This document shows positions 1 through 13,262 of a DNA stretch of 64,000 nt, in pieces. The position numbers and the translations under genes are program-made. Under the pieces are notes generated by a model, which was not told the origin of the DNA, searched no databases, and worked only from the letters and a program-made list of their open reading frames with translations. Source of the stretch: Tubiluchus corallicola (lineage: Eukaryota; Animalia; Priapulida); the NCBI GenBank assembly GCA_030141605.1, contig JAQGDQ010000406.1:125714-189713 (forward strand). Reading direction: 5' to 3'. The number at the start of each line of letters is the position of its first letter. The stretch's first letter is position 1.

Positions 1-304
1 AGCATTTTAATAGAAGAATGAGAATAAGACTTAATTAAAGTTTTAGCTGTTGGATGGCATTGAACCGTTATATAAGTACATGCCACCTAATTGAGTCAAC
101 GATTTTACGGTGTAGCTGACAAGTTGCCATTTTAATAATGAGCATCCATATTAACTCGAATATTAACCCGACTTGAATAATTCAGGTCACTTGAGTATTC
201 AACTAATGATAATTACTTTTGAAAAGCGTTTTGAGACAGCAAAACATGAAAGCTTGATACCGTAATGCTCAGCAAACCTTGACTTGCACTCTAGTCCCTG
301 TCAG

Positions 305-774
305 CAGGGCGGCTCGTGTATAGGTACTATAGTACTGCAGCACCCTTGTTTTCAAATGTTATTATCGATAATATTCAATATAATGGTATTTTTCTTTAGT
401 TCTTTCTTTATACTTGTACGGAGCATGTTAGTGTAGTACTGTTTGTTTCACAGCTCAATCAATGTGGTGTTAGGCTGTTGTGCGCATTCAGCCATGCGCA
501 CATGTCTGACATAAGACGCTGAACTTTAGGTAGAAAGAATATATTTATATGGGAATATTCTTGAACTGCGAAAATTTAAGCTGTTCATAAAAACAATATT
601 TTTTGTTTAAGAGTTTATCAAGGTTATGTTTATATTAGTTTGTTTGTTTACAATTACAATTAAAACATTAAAATTACATATGTTTTTTTTTCGTTTTACA
701 CAGCATTCAAACAATGGCTAAAAAAATTAAAATTTTGCAGCACCACCACTAATTTTAGCTACGATCTGCCACTG
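305..774. mobile_element. hAT-like MITE
   Basis: 8-bp TSD CCTGTCAG (297-304 and 775-782); imperfect TIRs CAGGGCGGCTCGT / ACGATCTGCCACTG. A paralogous copy at 18500-18975 has the same TSD. Confidence 0.75.
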
Positions 775-850
775 CCTGTCAGTAAAAATGGTAGATTCCT
801 GCAGCTATAACTATACTGCTCAGACAATAAACATTGCATGAAAATTTTAC

Positions 851-991
851 CTATTTGACCAGGTAAAGCGAAGTTGATTACAGGTGTGACATTGGAGAAG
901 AGACTGGGGATAAGTGCTGAAATTCTTCTCGGACATACGTCAGCTAGTGAAAAATTGTTCGACTGACGAGAGGAAAGGTCTTTCCATGTTT
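851..991 (-). CDS. Exon of second (tandem) TTLL4-like paralog; gene continues off the left edge
   Basis: AG/GT-bounded 141-nt phase-1 exon reading ETWKDLSSRQSNNFSLADVCPRRISALIPSLFSNVTPVINFALPGQI. Paralog of exon 19053-19193; resembles the TTLL4 PALIxSLFxNVPP motif. Confidence 0.75.
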
Positions 992-1085
992 CTGAAATCA
1001 AATTTATGCTATGAGTTAATTCAAATTTACAAAACGAAAAAGTCATCAAATGTTTCTAAGAAATAACACTGATTGTCATAGATAC

Positions 1086-1180
1086 CTGATTCAATTACAC
1101 GATGATTATTATTTATATAACAAATCTCACCCATTTCATAATAGTTCCATTTGGCAGTATTACAAATTGTAGTGTAAATA
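1086..1180 (-). CDS. Tentative 5' exon of TTLL paralog A
   Basis: Reads IYTTICNTAKWNYYEMGEICYINNNHRVIES with a CAG|GTATCT donor in phase with the next exon. Differs from the copy-B exon by an in-frame 6-nt indel. Acceptor is weak. Confidence 0.4.
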
Positions 1181-1214
1181 CTTGTGATTGTACTTGTGAT
1201 TTTAAATGAATAAA

Positions 1215-1800
1215 ACATTTGTTATTAAAACAACACAACTTTTAAAAACTTTAATTTTCAACTGTTTAAAAAACATGTCCAAACGTTTTGACAGCAATCA
1301 GCCGTCATCATCAGTGGGACGCTATACAAACAACAACCAGTTCATATACGCAAAACCTACAGTTTTGAAAAATTATGCACTTATTGTGTATTTACAAAAA
1401 AGCTAAAGTTATGAATAGACAGACTTGTAGAAAAGAAATAGATACAGTAACAGACAGCTAAGTGTTTCAAAATAAAGTTAATGAAATTGAATACTTTGTA
1501 CATTAAAAGAATGCTTATTAGTGTACATAGATAAACTTTCTTTTATTAATAAGTCCCAGTTATTTGTAGCTCTGGTCACAATGCTGAAATTATTAAAATT
1601 AATGTGGCCAAATGTGGTCATTAATGCTGGATTGGGGAGAATTTTTTAATTTCTTGCCAGTTCTGGACGAAATATCAAATGTTCACAAATTCTTACTTTA
1701 AAGTGTTTGGATCTTTTGCCGTGGTAAGTAGCATTGCAACTGCTACACTGAAATCTATAAATAATACCAGACTGTAGGAATGTGGGTATTTCAAAATACT
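1215..1800 (-). mobile_element. Penelope-like element 3' fragment (GIY-YIG remnant plus pseudo-LTR)
   Basis: SGIIYRFQCSSCNATYHGKRSKHFKVRICEH resembles PLE GIY-YIG endonuclease. A CTGATGA-stem-(G>A)AAACGTT motif lies at 1275-1322. Confidence 0.7.
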
Positions 1801-1868
1801 TGTATGTAAACTTGCATATAATAAAATAACTACTTGTATATAAACTAAAACAACTACTTAGTACATAC

Positions 1869-1892
1869 CTAAACTTCCATTCAGGTGGAAAA
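1869..1892 (-). CDS. Tentative 24-nt microexon of TTLL paralog A
   Basis: Polypyrimidine-CAG acceptor and GTATGT donor; conserved at 19995-20018. Confidence 0.4.
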
Positions 1893-2211
1893 CTGTAGTT
1901 AGAACAAAAAACAAACACAAGCAGGAATTCATTTACGCTGATCCGTATAATACAGGTAAGTATAAGCGACAAGTTCAACTACCGCGAGACAATTAAAACC
2001 TATACGTGGATTAGATAGTCGAGGTTTAATGAAACTAAAGCACGTGGGTCTTTTTCTACTTACTTCCTGACTCTATTGAGACACACTGGCTGCGCAAAGG
2101 TTATGATTCTTGGCCTAAGGGCACAATTATAAAGAGATCTGCGACTGCACTGTGTAGCTCTTATCGTATATATTAATTTCGCTGGTATGTTATTTATATA
2201 TACATATGTAT

Positions 2212-2880
2212 AAGATTGGAATCCACAGCTCTGACGAGGGCACCATTTGCGGCGATATATATGTCAAATGAAGGGTCTCGATCTAGTGTCGTGCCATTGG
2301 GGGTTTAATTTTCGAATCGGGCCCACCAGGACGAACGGGAGAGGGGACCTCAAAAAATGGCCATTAAATGAACGTCCAATCAACTCGTCGGCATTCCTCT
2401 TGGTGGACGTGTCCTAAAATATAGCCCAGATCGCCGAGTAGGGCAGTTCCTTGTCTTTCCAAAGAGCTATATATCTCATTCCGAGAGTCCCACCATGCGC
2501 CGCTAGAACGTTTTTTCTGCGCACTGTTTGGTCAAAATTTCGAAAAAATCGCGAGTTGGGTCCGGGAAAACGCACTTTTCGGGACGCCGTGGCCCTCTCG
2601 CGAATTCTAAATACGCCTATTACACCCGCCGTTGAACGGGCTATCTATCCATAGCCAGCACCAGCCGTGACCCGTTCCTGTTCTTCAGAAATAAGAGGTA
2701 TGAATTTTGCAAAAAACGGCCGAAAATGGGTATTTTCGGATGTTTTTCGCCCCCTGTCCCTCCCGGTGGGCCCGAATCGAAAAATACATCTACAATGGCA
2801 TGACACTAGATGGAGACCTTTAGTTTGACATATAGATTGCCGAAAATGGTGCTGTCGTCGGAGCTGCAGCCACGAATCTT
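2212..2880. mobile_element. MITE with ~130-bp imperfect TIRs inserted in (TA)n
   Basis: AAGATT... at 2212 and ...AATCTT at 2880 begin long inverted arms; flanked by TA repeats. Partial relatives at ~21920-22220, ~51640-51850 and ~55620-56070. Confidence 0.7.
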
Positions 2881-2924
2881 CTATATGAATCTTATTATAT
2901 ATATATAACTATATATGTTATATA

Positions 2925-2978
<54 letters not shown>

Positions 2979-3879
2979 CATACCATCGAAATTAATATAT
3001 GAACTAGCAAAGCCTGAACTGATCTACAGTTGCATGTTTTGTTCCAAACTTGAAGGGTTTCTTTCTGTACTAGTTTCCATCAATTATATTTTTTGGCGTA
3101 CGTGACTTTATACAGCGTACGTTATCGAGTTTCAGTTTAGCAAATGTTCTAAGTATGATTTTCTGATAATCTTTACTTGATGGTTTACATGACAAACGTC
3201 GGGTCATTTGCGAAGAAAGCCTGTACTTTTTTCTCGCGTTTTCCTCGTTAGATGGCGCCAGGATCGATAGTTCACTAGTTACGGCAGGGTTTACATTCGG
3301 TGTTCTCGTGCCACATTTCACTGTAGCATTATTTACAAATACAGGAAAGATCCACAGTTGATAGTACATTTATCCTGTCATTTTCCCGAAGTTTCATGAG
3401 CAAAACCCAACACATTTCCCGAAAACAGCGCCAGGTTTTAGGGAAATTACAACTTTGATTAATAAAGAAGCTATCAAATATAGGCCTAATAGAATGGATA
3501 GTGTCAAATTCTACGTTATGCTTACCTCGTTTAATTAAAGAAAATTCGTTTTTTACATTAAATCTCAGATTACTTTTAACTACAAAAACGTTTTAATTGA
3601 CATCTAAATTAACAAACATTAACCAGGGTACACAAAACGCAGATTAAAAATGAAAACTTTAAAACGAAAAAATATCCATAAACAATATGATAATTGTCAG
3701 TAGAGAAATATGTACGCAAATTTACACAATAATGAAATATTTAGAGTAAAGAAAGGGCACGAGGTTATCAAACATATCAAGTCATTTGAATATTTCATGA
3801 ATATTTCATGAATATATATCATGTTAGTAAATTATATAATTTATATATATATATATATATAATGTATAACATAACAGTC

Positions 3880-4610
3880 ATTATGTTCAGTGCTCAGGGC
3901 AACTAGGGCTGTGAACACTATTTAAAAAATCCAGACATGATGTTCAGCGTTCATGGTGACTAGGCTGTTCTGAGTGTTCAGGGTAACAAGGCTATGAACA
4001 TTATTTAAAACAGACAATCGTGATATTCAGTATTCTAGGAAACTAGAACAATGAACACAATATAAAACAGACATTCATGATGTTTAGTTTTCTGGAATAC
4101 TAAAACTATGAGCACAATTTAAAACAGACATTCATGATGCTTAGTATTCTGGGAAACTAGAACTATGAACACTATTTAAAACAGACATTCATGATGTTTA
4201 GTATTCTGGGAAACTAAAACTATGAGCACAATTTAAAACAGACATTCATGATGCTTAGTATTCTGGGAAACTAGAACTATGAACACAATTTAAAACAGAC
4301 ATTCATGATGTTCAGTATTCTGGGAAACTGAACTATGAACACAATTTAAAACAGACATTCATGATGTTCAGTATTCTGGGAAAATAGAACAATGAACACA
4401 ATTTAAAGCAGACATTTATGATGTTCAGTATTCTGGAAAACTAGAACTATGAACAGTATTTAAAGCAAACATTCATGATGTTCAATATTCTGGAAACCTA
4501 GAACTATGAACACAATTTAAAGGAGACATTTATGATGCTCAGTATTCTGGTAAACTAGAACTAAGAACACTATTTAAATCAGACATTCATGATGCTCAGT
4601 GCTCTGGGAA
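3880..4610. repeat. 57-bp minisatellite, ~12 copies
   Basis: ACATTCATGATG recurs at 4071, 4128, 4185 and onward (period 57). Confidence 0.9.
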
Positions 4611-5039
4611 AGGAAGGCTGTACTTATTGTTGCCAGAAGCTGCATATGGCAGAGGAGGATGATCCGGAGGCTCTCACAAAGTGAGTCTGCTCTCCATTAT
4701 TGCTACTGTTTATTTGCGTTATTGTTATTGTTTGTGAGAGGCAAAGAGGTAAAGTTGGCAATAAATAAGAGCTATTTAAAGGACAAGAAACAACCTTCGT
4801 AAATAAAGCTTAAAATCGCTTTAAAATTTTGCATCATTTACGTATTGTGTTATTGCATACAGAGCTTGCGTTAAACACAAACACTTTAAAAATTCTTCGC
4901 TGAGAATATTTTCCAGTTACACAAGTCTTTCAAGCATGTAAACTTAATGCTAATAAATATAACTTTCGTATCGAAAGCTTTTGGGGGGTAATTAACTTTA
5001 AAATGCTGTTATCTTTAAACAGAGCTAAAATTAATGTCA

Positions 5040-5176
5040 TCACGCATTTTCACACTTTGAACAAGATTCACACGAATCGCGTTCTGTTGCTCCAACACCG
5101 TTATTCCAAAGCTGGATCATTTGAAGATTGTACAGGTGGCGCTGCTCTGTGTGAAGTGTTTCCAGAATCCTCCAGC
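5040..5176 (-). CDS. TTLL4: TTLL4-like ligase, terminal exon
   Basis: TTTTCTAG acceptor, phase 1; reads GWRILETLHTEQRHLYNLQMIQLWNNGVGATERDSCESCSKCENA*. Confidence 0.7.
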
Positions 5177-6423
5177 CTAGAAAATCATAACAAGGTTTTT
5201 GTAGTAAATCACATTCGACTAAGTTAAGGTTCGTTAATCACTTAACTGCATACTCACTAAACTGACCTGACAATTGATGGACCAACCACCGCTATATACA
5301 TCTGCATTTTGTCGAATATGGAAGGCGATGGCTACATTAAGAATGACAGTGACGATGACGGCGATAATAAAAATACACTATTAAGACATTGTATTAGTTT
5401 GAGATAGTTCATTGCAGTGGAAAAATACGGTTATGTCTCATCATAAATATAATTTTTGAACATTTCATTGCTGTATTAGAATAAAAGACCTTCATAACTG
5501 TAAGACAAGACATAACTGCTGCAATAGCATGTGCCTGACCAATGTCCAGTACGTTTACACTACGCGTGCCAAAACCGCTTCAACTTTCTCTTTATCACTC
5601 CAAAGCCTTAACTTCCGGTTCCAATGTTAAATTACAGCGACATGTATGACTTCTGCAAGCCAAGATAGGTATTCTACACAGTCAATCGGTGCAGAAGAGT
5701 GATACGGTGTCAAATGAACTATACTATATATATATATATATAGTTACTACTCGAGAGAGACGCTGAGTGAAATGAACTACACTACCCAAGAGTGACACTC
5801 ACATCATTGAACTATACTACTCAAGAGTGAGAGAGAGAGAGAATTAAACTATATTACTCCTCAGTGAAACGTATACTACTGAACTATTACTACTCGAGAG
5901 TGGTGTAAAGAAAACTTAACTATACTACTCCTAGGTGGCCACCAATCAAAACTGGTAAAACACAAAAACAATAAATGTATTATATACACGTGGTCACCTT
6001 CGAAACGAGGTACATATTGAGCATTGTGATTGGTAACAAGAGTTGGACAATGGTTAGATGGTTGAACTGCACATTGCGATGTTTTTCCATTACAGTTAGA
6101 GCAGCATGACACTCGCTCACTTCTTTGTGCTAAATGTTGTTTATCTGTCTGTAGCTAAACCATGTGTATCTATATCTAAGCTTGGCTAATGCACTGCTGA
6201 TGGTTCAGTGATTCATCTCAGATGATAAGCCTTGATAGCGAGCTAGGTTCCGGTCTCGCTTCAAATATCCATATTAAGTAAGCTCTGCCACTGACTGCTG
6301 AATTCAAGCTTGTAGCATGTGGAATTGTAAAGTGAATTATAAAAATACGTTTATTATGATTATTAATAATAATCACGTTGTTGTTGTTGGTGGTGTTGGT
6401 GGCTGCCGGCAGCGACGGTGGTG

Positions 6424-6618
<195 letters not shown>

Positions 6619-6623
6619 CTTAC

Positions 6624-6834
6624 CTTCCTCAGGATTATTGTGATATTTTCTGGTCCAGGCATCAATGAGTAAATTGCTGTAACGTTTTTTCTCAAAATAT
6701 TTCAAATATTTATGAGAAGTTGGACTGGGAAAGATCCGCTGGAAACCTCCACATCTCTGATGCTCATCTTCTACTTCTATCAACTCATTAACATCAGCTG
6801 GTGTGAGCACTTCAAGAATACGCTCTGTTATTTC
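6624..6834 (-). CDS. TTLL4: TTLL4-like ligase exon
   Basis: EITERILEVLTPADVNELIEVEDEHQRCGGFQRIFPSPTSHKYLKYFEKKRYSNLLIDAW matches the TTLL4 C-terminal LTPxDVxxLxExEDE..R.G.F.RIFP block; phase 0 to 1. Confidence 0.92.
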
Positions 6835-6968
6835 CTAGACAGAAACAAATAAAGGTGCATTATCAAACTATTCCACATTGAGTTAAAAGGGGTCACATTG
6901 TGAATGATCAAAAAGGCGACTGCCTCTTGGTACTTGGATCACTCCTATTAATACATTAAGGGACATAC

Positions 6969-7089
6969 CTCCTCTGATGCTCTGGTGGTAAAGTAAAGGC
7001 GCTTTGCCTTCTCTTCATCAGTAAGAGCAGAATCTCGTAGAGAAGTTGGTTTCATTTTTTCTTCCTTGTTTTGCTGCAGCGAGAATTCT
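6969..7089 (-). CDS. TTLL4: TTLL4-like ligase exon
   Basis: TTTTTTCAG acceptor, GTATGT donor, phase 2 to 0; reads EFSLQQNKEEKMKPTSLRDSALTDEEKAKRLYFTTRASEE. Confidence 0.8.
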
Positions 7090-7146
7090 CTGAAAAAAGC
7101 GCACCAAACACTAAAACAGTTTAAGAAATCAAACACGACTTCCTCG

Positions 7147-7747
7147 TGTAACGTACAGTGAGATAATTGTGTTAATTGAAGGTGTTACCAGTCGTTGTCC
7201 TCTTCTGTAGGCTAATGATTGTTGAGGCTATCATCACATAATAATCATTGTTTAAAATTACCTTCTAAAACATTGCAAATATCACATATAACTGGGCAAT
7301 TATTCAATTAGTCTACATATTTCATGGTTATTTATCAGGTCCAGATCTGTTCTGACTCTGGCACCTCCGTGAATTATACTTGTGTGGGTTTGTTAATTTT
7401 TACATAGCAGTAAAGTTTATCAGCATTATCAGCACAGACAATCTTGGAATTTCTGGTCAAAATCCTCTGGAAAGGCTAAATAATCACCAAGCCTACATAT
7501 AAATAGAATAATAGGATGCCATCTTCAACGTTTATGTCGTCGTTCAGCAGCTAAGCACCTGTTCCGAAATCGCAACCAGCATGAGGAACACATGACTGAA
7601 GCTAGGCAGTTTTTTTTATAAATTTCCTGTTTAATTCTCATTTTTACGTCGCCACTACTCGTTATGAGGTACAAGAATGCAACAATCCAGTATTAAGCCC
7701 TGGACCTCTTGGCCGTGCCGTCATTACACTGGTGTCAGAAGTGGGAT
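7147..7747 (+). mobile_element. LTR remnant followed by tRNA-Leu primer-binding site
   Basis: TGTAA...TTACA ends (7147-7728), a 1-nt spacer, then TGGTGTCAGAAGTGGGAT, the complement of the tRNA-Leu 3' end including CCA. The left boundary is inferred. Confidence 0.55.
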
Positions 7748-7790
7748 TCGAACGCACGCCTGCAATCCAGAGTGCGTCCCGAACGGAGGC
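7730..7790 (-). pseudogene. 5'-truncated tRNA-Leu(CAG-like) copy ending in CCA
   Basis: Minus strand reads gcctccgttcgggacgcactctggattgcaggcgtgcgttcgaatcccacttctgacaCCA: anticodon, variable and T arms of tRNA-Leu, but no D arm or 5' acceptor strand. Confidence 0.65.
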
Positions 7791-7965
7791 GAAATGCAAT
7801 TCATTTTCGACCTTCCCGTACATTGTGATGGACTCCTCCATACAATGGAAAAAGTTTGCACGCTTTCAAGTTTGGAGCAATATGTCACTTGCCCTTACAT
7901 TCTTAAAGAAATCTTAAAGGCGTGGCAAAAACAGATGCCTTTCATATCACACCTTTAGCACTTAC

Positions 7966-8094
7966 TTCAATTCCAATAACAACTCTGTTGTTGTCTTGGG
8001 GGGTTTTGGCAAACTTCCTGGTACCTTATAGCCCGCAAGACTAAAAATCTCTCGAATCACATCAGGATTTAGGCTATATCGAGTTCGAGGTATC
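7966..8094 (-). CDS. TTLL4: TTLL4-like ligase exon
   Basis: Phase 2 to 2; reads IPRTRYSLNPDVIREIFSLAGYKVPGSLPKPP (compare TTLL4 MIRDLLNLAGFVLP). Confidence 0.85.
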
Positions 8095-8831
8095 CTAAAA
8101 TAAAAAGACAAAAATAAACAAAATTTTCACACACACGGAACACTTCTAAATTATTAATGTATCACTGCTTGCAAGATGTTATAATAATAGAATTTTGGAA
8201 GCACCTGCATGAATAAAAGATACAGCTACAATACTAAGCAGCAAAGATAAAACTTAAAAATGGATGAATTTTACAACAAAATTTTACAATAAAATTGAGA
8301 ATGGAGAAGATTAATGCTCGCCATAATAGTGCAAGTGCGGAAATGTTGTCAAGAAAAAACGAAAAATTGAAAATTGGAGAGAAAAATTCTAAAGTACTAA
8401 ATCATCATCATCATCATCAACATCATCATATGACATTAGCTCGATTGCAGACACTGGGCAGGCAAAATTCTATAATAAAACAGTTCTGCCCACAAGACAG
8501 GTAAACACAGCAGTAATCCAGCAAAAACACTAGACATGTATGAAAAGTTGAAGTCAGTGACTTATCAGCACCACATCCATTCAAAAGTTCTAAGTAACCA
8601 TCATCTTAATTCGATTTTGCTAGGCTCAGAAATAACGGAAACCAAAAATGTTGACCGTGGTCGTGACTTTAGTTAATTTGCTTGGATCGACAAGTTATCA
8701 CTATATAAGTGGGTGCAGCTGGTTTGTAAGATGAGCCACTAAACCAGCAGGGGACTCCTAACCGTGTTTAGATGTATTTATATTCATCCTTTGCGAAGTA
8801 AACAACCAGAAACGGGATTAAAATTACATTA

Positions 8832-8999
<168 letters not shown>

Positions 9000-9426
9000 T
9001 TAGACACCTCAATCCTTACTTGTGAAATAATGTGAGAAATTGTTAATTGTTAATTAAGAAAGCAATAATTAAGAAGGACCGTAAGTGCCGTAAGACTTGC
9101 AATACGATTTGTTAACCAAAGCATAAAAAGTAAGGGGTTAGGAATATGTATGATTGAATGCAAGCCATAAACTAGGCGTTTTAGAAATACATCATTTTGT
9201 AATTGTACTTCTCGAGAAAGACGCCAGTATGGCTTATTTTGAGTTAAAGTGGTTTTACCCTGTTTGAATGGATCTGCCCTTGCAAACTGGTTCTTGAATG
9301 TAAACAAAGTGTTAAATTTGCATCGTGATCAATTACTCATGTAATTGTCATTCAAAGCTATAGTATAGATGGAATCATGCCCAACTGACCATGTTATTAG
9401 TTGAATTGGGCTTCTTTCATAGATCT

Positions 9427-9474
<48 letters not shown>

Positions 9475-10199
9475 TCAAGGATGACCATAGGTACAGTATA
9501 ATAGGTAAGGCTAAAGTCTTTTCTATTACACTTAACGTATATATTTATTCATATTCAATATAATCATGTGATAAATTTTGTTTATTTATTTTCTCTTTAC
9601 TAAAACGTACAACTAAAACGCATGTCTCTTACAATAGACCGGCAAACCTTTATTACTAAACATGTACTAATTACTCTTGTTCATCATCATTGTAATATTC
9701 ATCAATAATTATGCGAACATTTTAATTACTTGTTCTTGTTTTCGATATAAAGTAAAATAAATTTAGAAAGTTACTACAAATTAAACTCAACTCAATATAT
9801 ATTTGTTTAGAAAATGCGAAAGTAATTGAATTTAGTCGCCCAAAACTTTGCTCTCGCACCTATTTTACAAAAATTATTTTAATTATAGTCACAAAGTTAA
9901 AATATTCAATTAAATCGTTAAAATTAGATAAAATATTTTCAAGGAGTAAAAATCAATCATTCATCCTAATAAAATTAAACGTTTTCGACAGTGCATATAC
10001 TGTGCTTGGCACGTGCAGCAACGCACTGTAGCTTTCAGACTATTGCTAGGCTTGTAAAGTCTGCAGTAATATGTAAGCCTACTGCTAATTTCTAACTAAA
10101 CAATACATGTATTAGTATGGCCTAATAGACACAATAGCAGCAGAACGCTGAGTAGTTTGAATTTGTCCTCTGGTTAACCAGTTGCATAGTGTGAATTAC

Positions 10200-10298
10200 C
10201 TTAGAAACTGTTTTATGACCAGGTCCTTAATTTCTTCCCAGATGTCATCCGTACGAATCCCTCGAGATTCAAGGTAACGCCAAAGTGTTTTCACACTC
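10200..10298 (-). CDS. TTLL4: TTLL4-like ligase exon
   Basis: Reads WSVKTLWRYLESRGIRTDDIWEEIKDLVIKQFL; phase 2 to 2. Confidence 0.92.
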
Positions 10299-10456
10299 CT
10301 AAAAGATAAACTTAGAGTTCTAGACCTTAATGATCCATGTAATTTACAAGGTTAATAGAATTAAGAAAACTCTATAATTTTAACTTCAAATTGACATCTA
10401 CCGAAAGGAAATTTGAAACGAGCATTTTAAATTGCTTTTAAACAAGAAAGACCTAC

Positions 10457-10579
10457 CATTTGTGTGCTCTTTCTCCGATATTTGTAAACCTTTCATAATA
10501 CGTTGGGCTGAGTTTGTTTATGTCAACATTGGTAAAATGTATGAAAGCGTCATCTAAATCATTAACCCCGCTGTGATAC
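10457..10579 (-). CDS. TTLL4: TTLL4-like ligase exon
   Basis: Reads RYHSGVNDLDDAFIHFTNVDINKLSPTYYERFTNIGERAHKW (HLTNYSxNK-equivalent); phase 2 to 2. Confidence 0.92.
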
Positions 10580-10734
10580 CTGAAAAATGCAAATAACAAC
10601 AACAACAACAATAGAAATAACAACAACAGCACCACCACCAACAACAACAATAAGTCTTTTGATGGCTGATAGTTGACAGATGAAATCTGCCACTCATTTC
10701 TGGCAAAATTGCCAAAAATTTATTCTCTAACGAT

Positions 10735-11060
10735 GGATTGGTCTTTCCTCTGTCCAATCACATAGACCAAACTAAGGATTGGTCCTTCCCTGTCCAATCC
10801 CAGAAACCAAACAATAGGGTTATCGTTGTTTTGTCCAATCCCAGAAACCAATCCTTGCGATTGTTCTTGCTCTTTCCTATCTCAGAAACCACACAATGGG
10901 ACTGGTCAACTCTTTCCAATCTCAGAAACCATAGAGTGGACTGTTCTTGCCCCTTTTAATCGTAGAAATATTAGAATTGTTCTTGCTCTTTCTAATACCA
11001 GAAACCACACAGTAGGCTTGTTCTTACTCATTCCAACTGCAGGAACAAAACAATGGGCTT
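10735..11060. repeat. Degenerate ~40-bp minisatellite, followed by (ATT)n to ~11277
   Basis: Recurrent ttgttcttgctctttccaatcccagaaacca unit. Confidence 0.75.
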
Positions 11061-11075
11061 GATTGTTGTTATTGC

Positions 11076-11219
<144 letters not shown>

Positions 11220-11237
11220 TATTGTTATTGTTAATGA

Positions 11238-11277
<40 letters not shown>

Positions 11278-12985
11278 TTATTGCTTATATTTGAAGGTAC
11301 AATTCATTACAACAAGGTTTAAATTCTCAACATACATAAAATTGCAATACAGTTCACAATAACAATTTTAACATGTTCTAATTATAGTGCCAGTTCTGCA
11401 CGGCACCACATTTAAAATCTTTGTTAGTATAAAACACACGTGCTTCAGATTATTTACAATACTTACAAGAAAACATTTAAAAATAAACTATTGCAGATCA
11501 TTATACATAATCATTAACTAATGTAACAAATTTCTGTATTAATTTCGCTTCTCTATCTGTGAAAACACCATTTATATCTCTGTTTTCTAATTCATTTACA
11601 AATTCAGTTTGTTTTTTATGATTTACTAACATACAATCAAAAACTAATACGGTCTACTGTTTTGTTGTTGTTACTGGTACAACTGGTCAATTCTGATTGT
11701 CCTACTGCATATAAAAAGGTATTAAACGTCCCTTGGTCTTGTAACAAATTGAATTACATTGATTCTAATTTCCTGTTTCCTCCTTTCGGAAATGATTCAG
11801 GTTTTCTCCATAAATGCGGAGTATTTAACCCACGTGTATCTATTTGTGACTGATACACTTACTTTACTTGTCCGTTTCTTTATAAGAAAATTATCTACTT
11901 CCTGTCTGTTGTAACTGAACATTTTCGGGAAACTTCTGTCTGTCGTTCTGATATTAAACATTTTGATATTTTTAAGAAATCACCGACTGATGCTAAATGT
12001 GATTTAAGAAAATGTGTGCTATTTCCTTTTTGCGTTGTTCAGAGTTAATTTCCAAAATGCTTTGTTTGACTTAATCTGTATCATTTTTGCTTTTTTATCA
12101 CAAATATTAAGCAAATGCCTTGCAGTTCTAGATCTAACGGGAGAAGCCTACCTTGCGTAGTGATACTTTGTTTCTGATGCTCTTTTCATGATATCATATT
12201 CAAGTGAGTGTATCGCAAAGATGATGCATGTTGCTTGATTTTATTCTGTAGCAAAAATACTAATAATGATTTAAAAATTGTGTAGAGAAATCGCAGCTAA
12301 ATTTTGCTGATTGCATGATGTTCCGAGCGTTCTAATGACAAAGAACGTTTGTAGTTGATGTCGTCAATTATTCAAATCAATAATTTTAGGTTCGAATTTT
12401 AATTTGAATTAAACAAAACTCGTTCAAATCAGATTTGAATGCCCATTGCTCACCCGTACTAAAAATAAGGTATACCTTATTGGCTTTGATGACATTCAGA
12501 CAGAACGCAACATAGAGATAATATTTAAAATAAACGTAAATTCTTACTAACTATAATATATCTTAGAACATATTTAGAAAACTTATATTCATGTTAATAA
12601 ACGTGCAATAAACGAGAATATAACAAATTCTGGAAAACTTCCACATCTCCACTTTTGTTCAAAAATCTAAACTTAGCAATGTCACACATGAATGGGATAT
12701 TGGTAAAATGATGGACTAAATCAAAATCTACCAAAACAACACCTTAAAAGTGAATACATCACATTAAAAGGCTCCTAGTAAAATGTATCTAAATTTAAAT
12801 TATATGAAATATGTAGAAAGCAAATAAATGAAAACCAGAGGAATATTTTATATAAATTTCATATAAATGATAAATTTGCCAAGGAAGGAAGAAATGTTGA
12901 AAAAGGAGGAGAAAGGAAAGAAGAGAGATGTCACTGCATTGGTAATCATGTCAAAATCTGTCATAGTAAAGCATGCAAAGGGTAC

Positions 12986-13114
12986 CTCTTCGTAGCGAAT
13001 TTTACCGTCCCAGAGGTGTGCAAGTAGATCCTTAAAGGTTCTATTGAAGGAACGTACACATGCAATCGCAAATCAAACTTACGTCCTTTGATAAGATACG
13101 GTTTTGATATGTAC
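12986..13114 (-). CDS. TTLL4: TTLL4-like ligase exon
   Basis: Reads RYISKPYLIKGRKFDLRLHVYVPSIEPLRIYLHTSGTVKFATK, with the canonical TTL-domain KFDLR motif. Confidence 0.96.
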
Positions 13115-13262
13115 CTGTATATGTAAAATAACCATGCGATTACTGTACGAAATAACAATATGTTCAGTCAAAAATTGCATTAGCAAATTATCAAATTTAA
13201 TCAAAGCAATTTATTTAAAGACACTGATATACCACAACTTTTGTATGGCAAGATGGACACAC

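Larger units (their letters stand above)
1..2010. repeat. Segmental duplication, copy A (paralogous to ~18270-20140)
   Basis: Colinear near-identical sequence with 18270-20140, including the same MITE, Penelope-like fragment and TTLL 5' exons. Similarity ends near gagacaattaa(a/g)acctata. Confidence 0.9.

Noticed and set aside
2231-2280. CTGACGA as a hammerhead core
   Set aside because: There is no stem II-GAAA downstream, and it is part of a MITE TIR.
3880-4610. 57-, 71-, 102- and 51-bp arrays as possible CRISPR arrays
   Set aside because: Units are head-to-tail with no unique spacers, there are no cas genes, and the context is eukaryotic.
7730-7790. Functional tRNA-Leu gene
   Set aside because: It lacks the 5' acceptor strand and D arm, the anticodon arm is mutated, and CCA is encoded.
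11310-12260. Possible decayed retroelement fragments here and at ~62760-63530
   Set aside because: Composition is suggestive, but I found no motif I can name with confidence.
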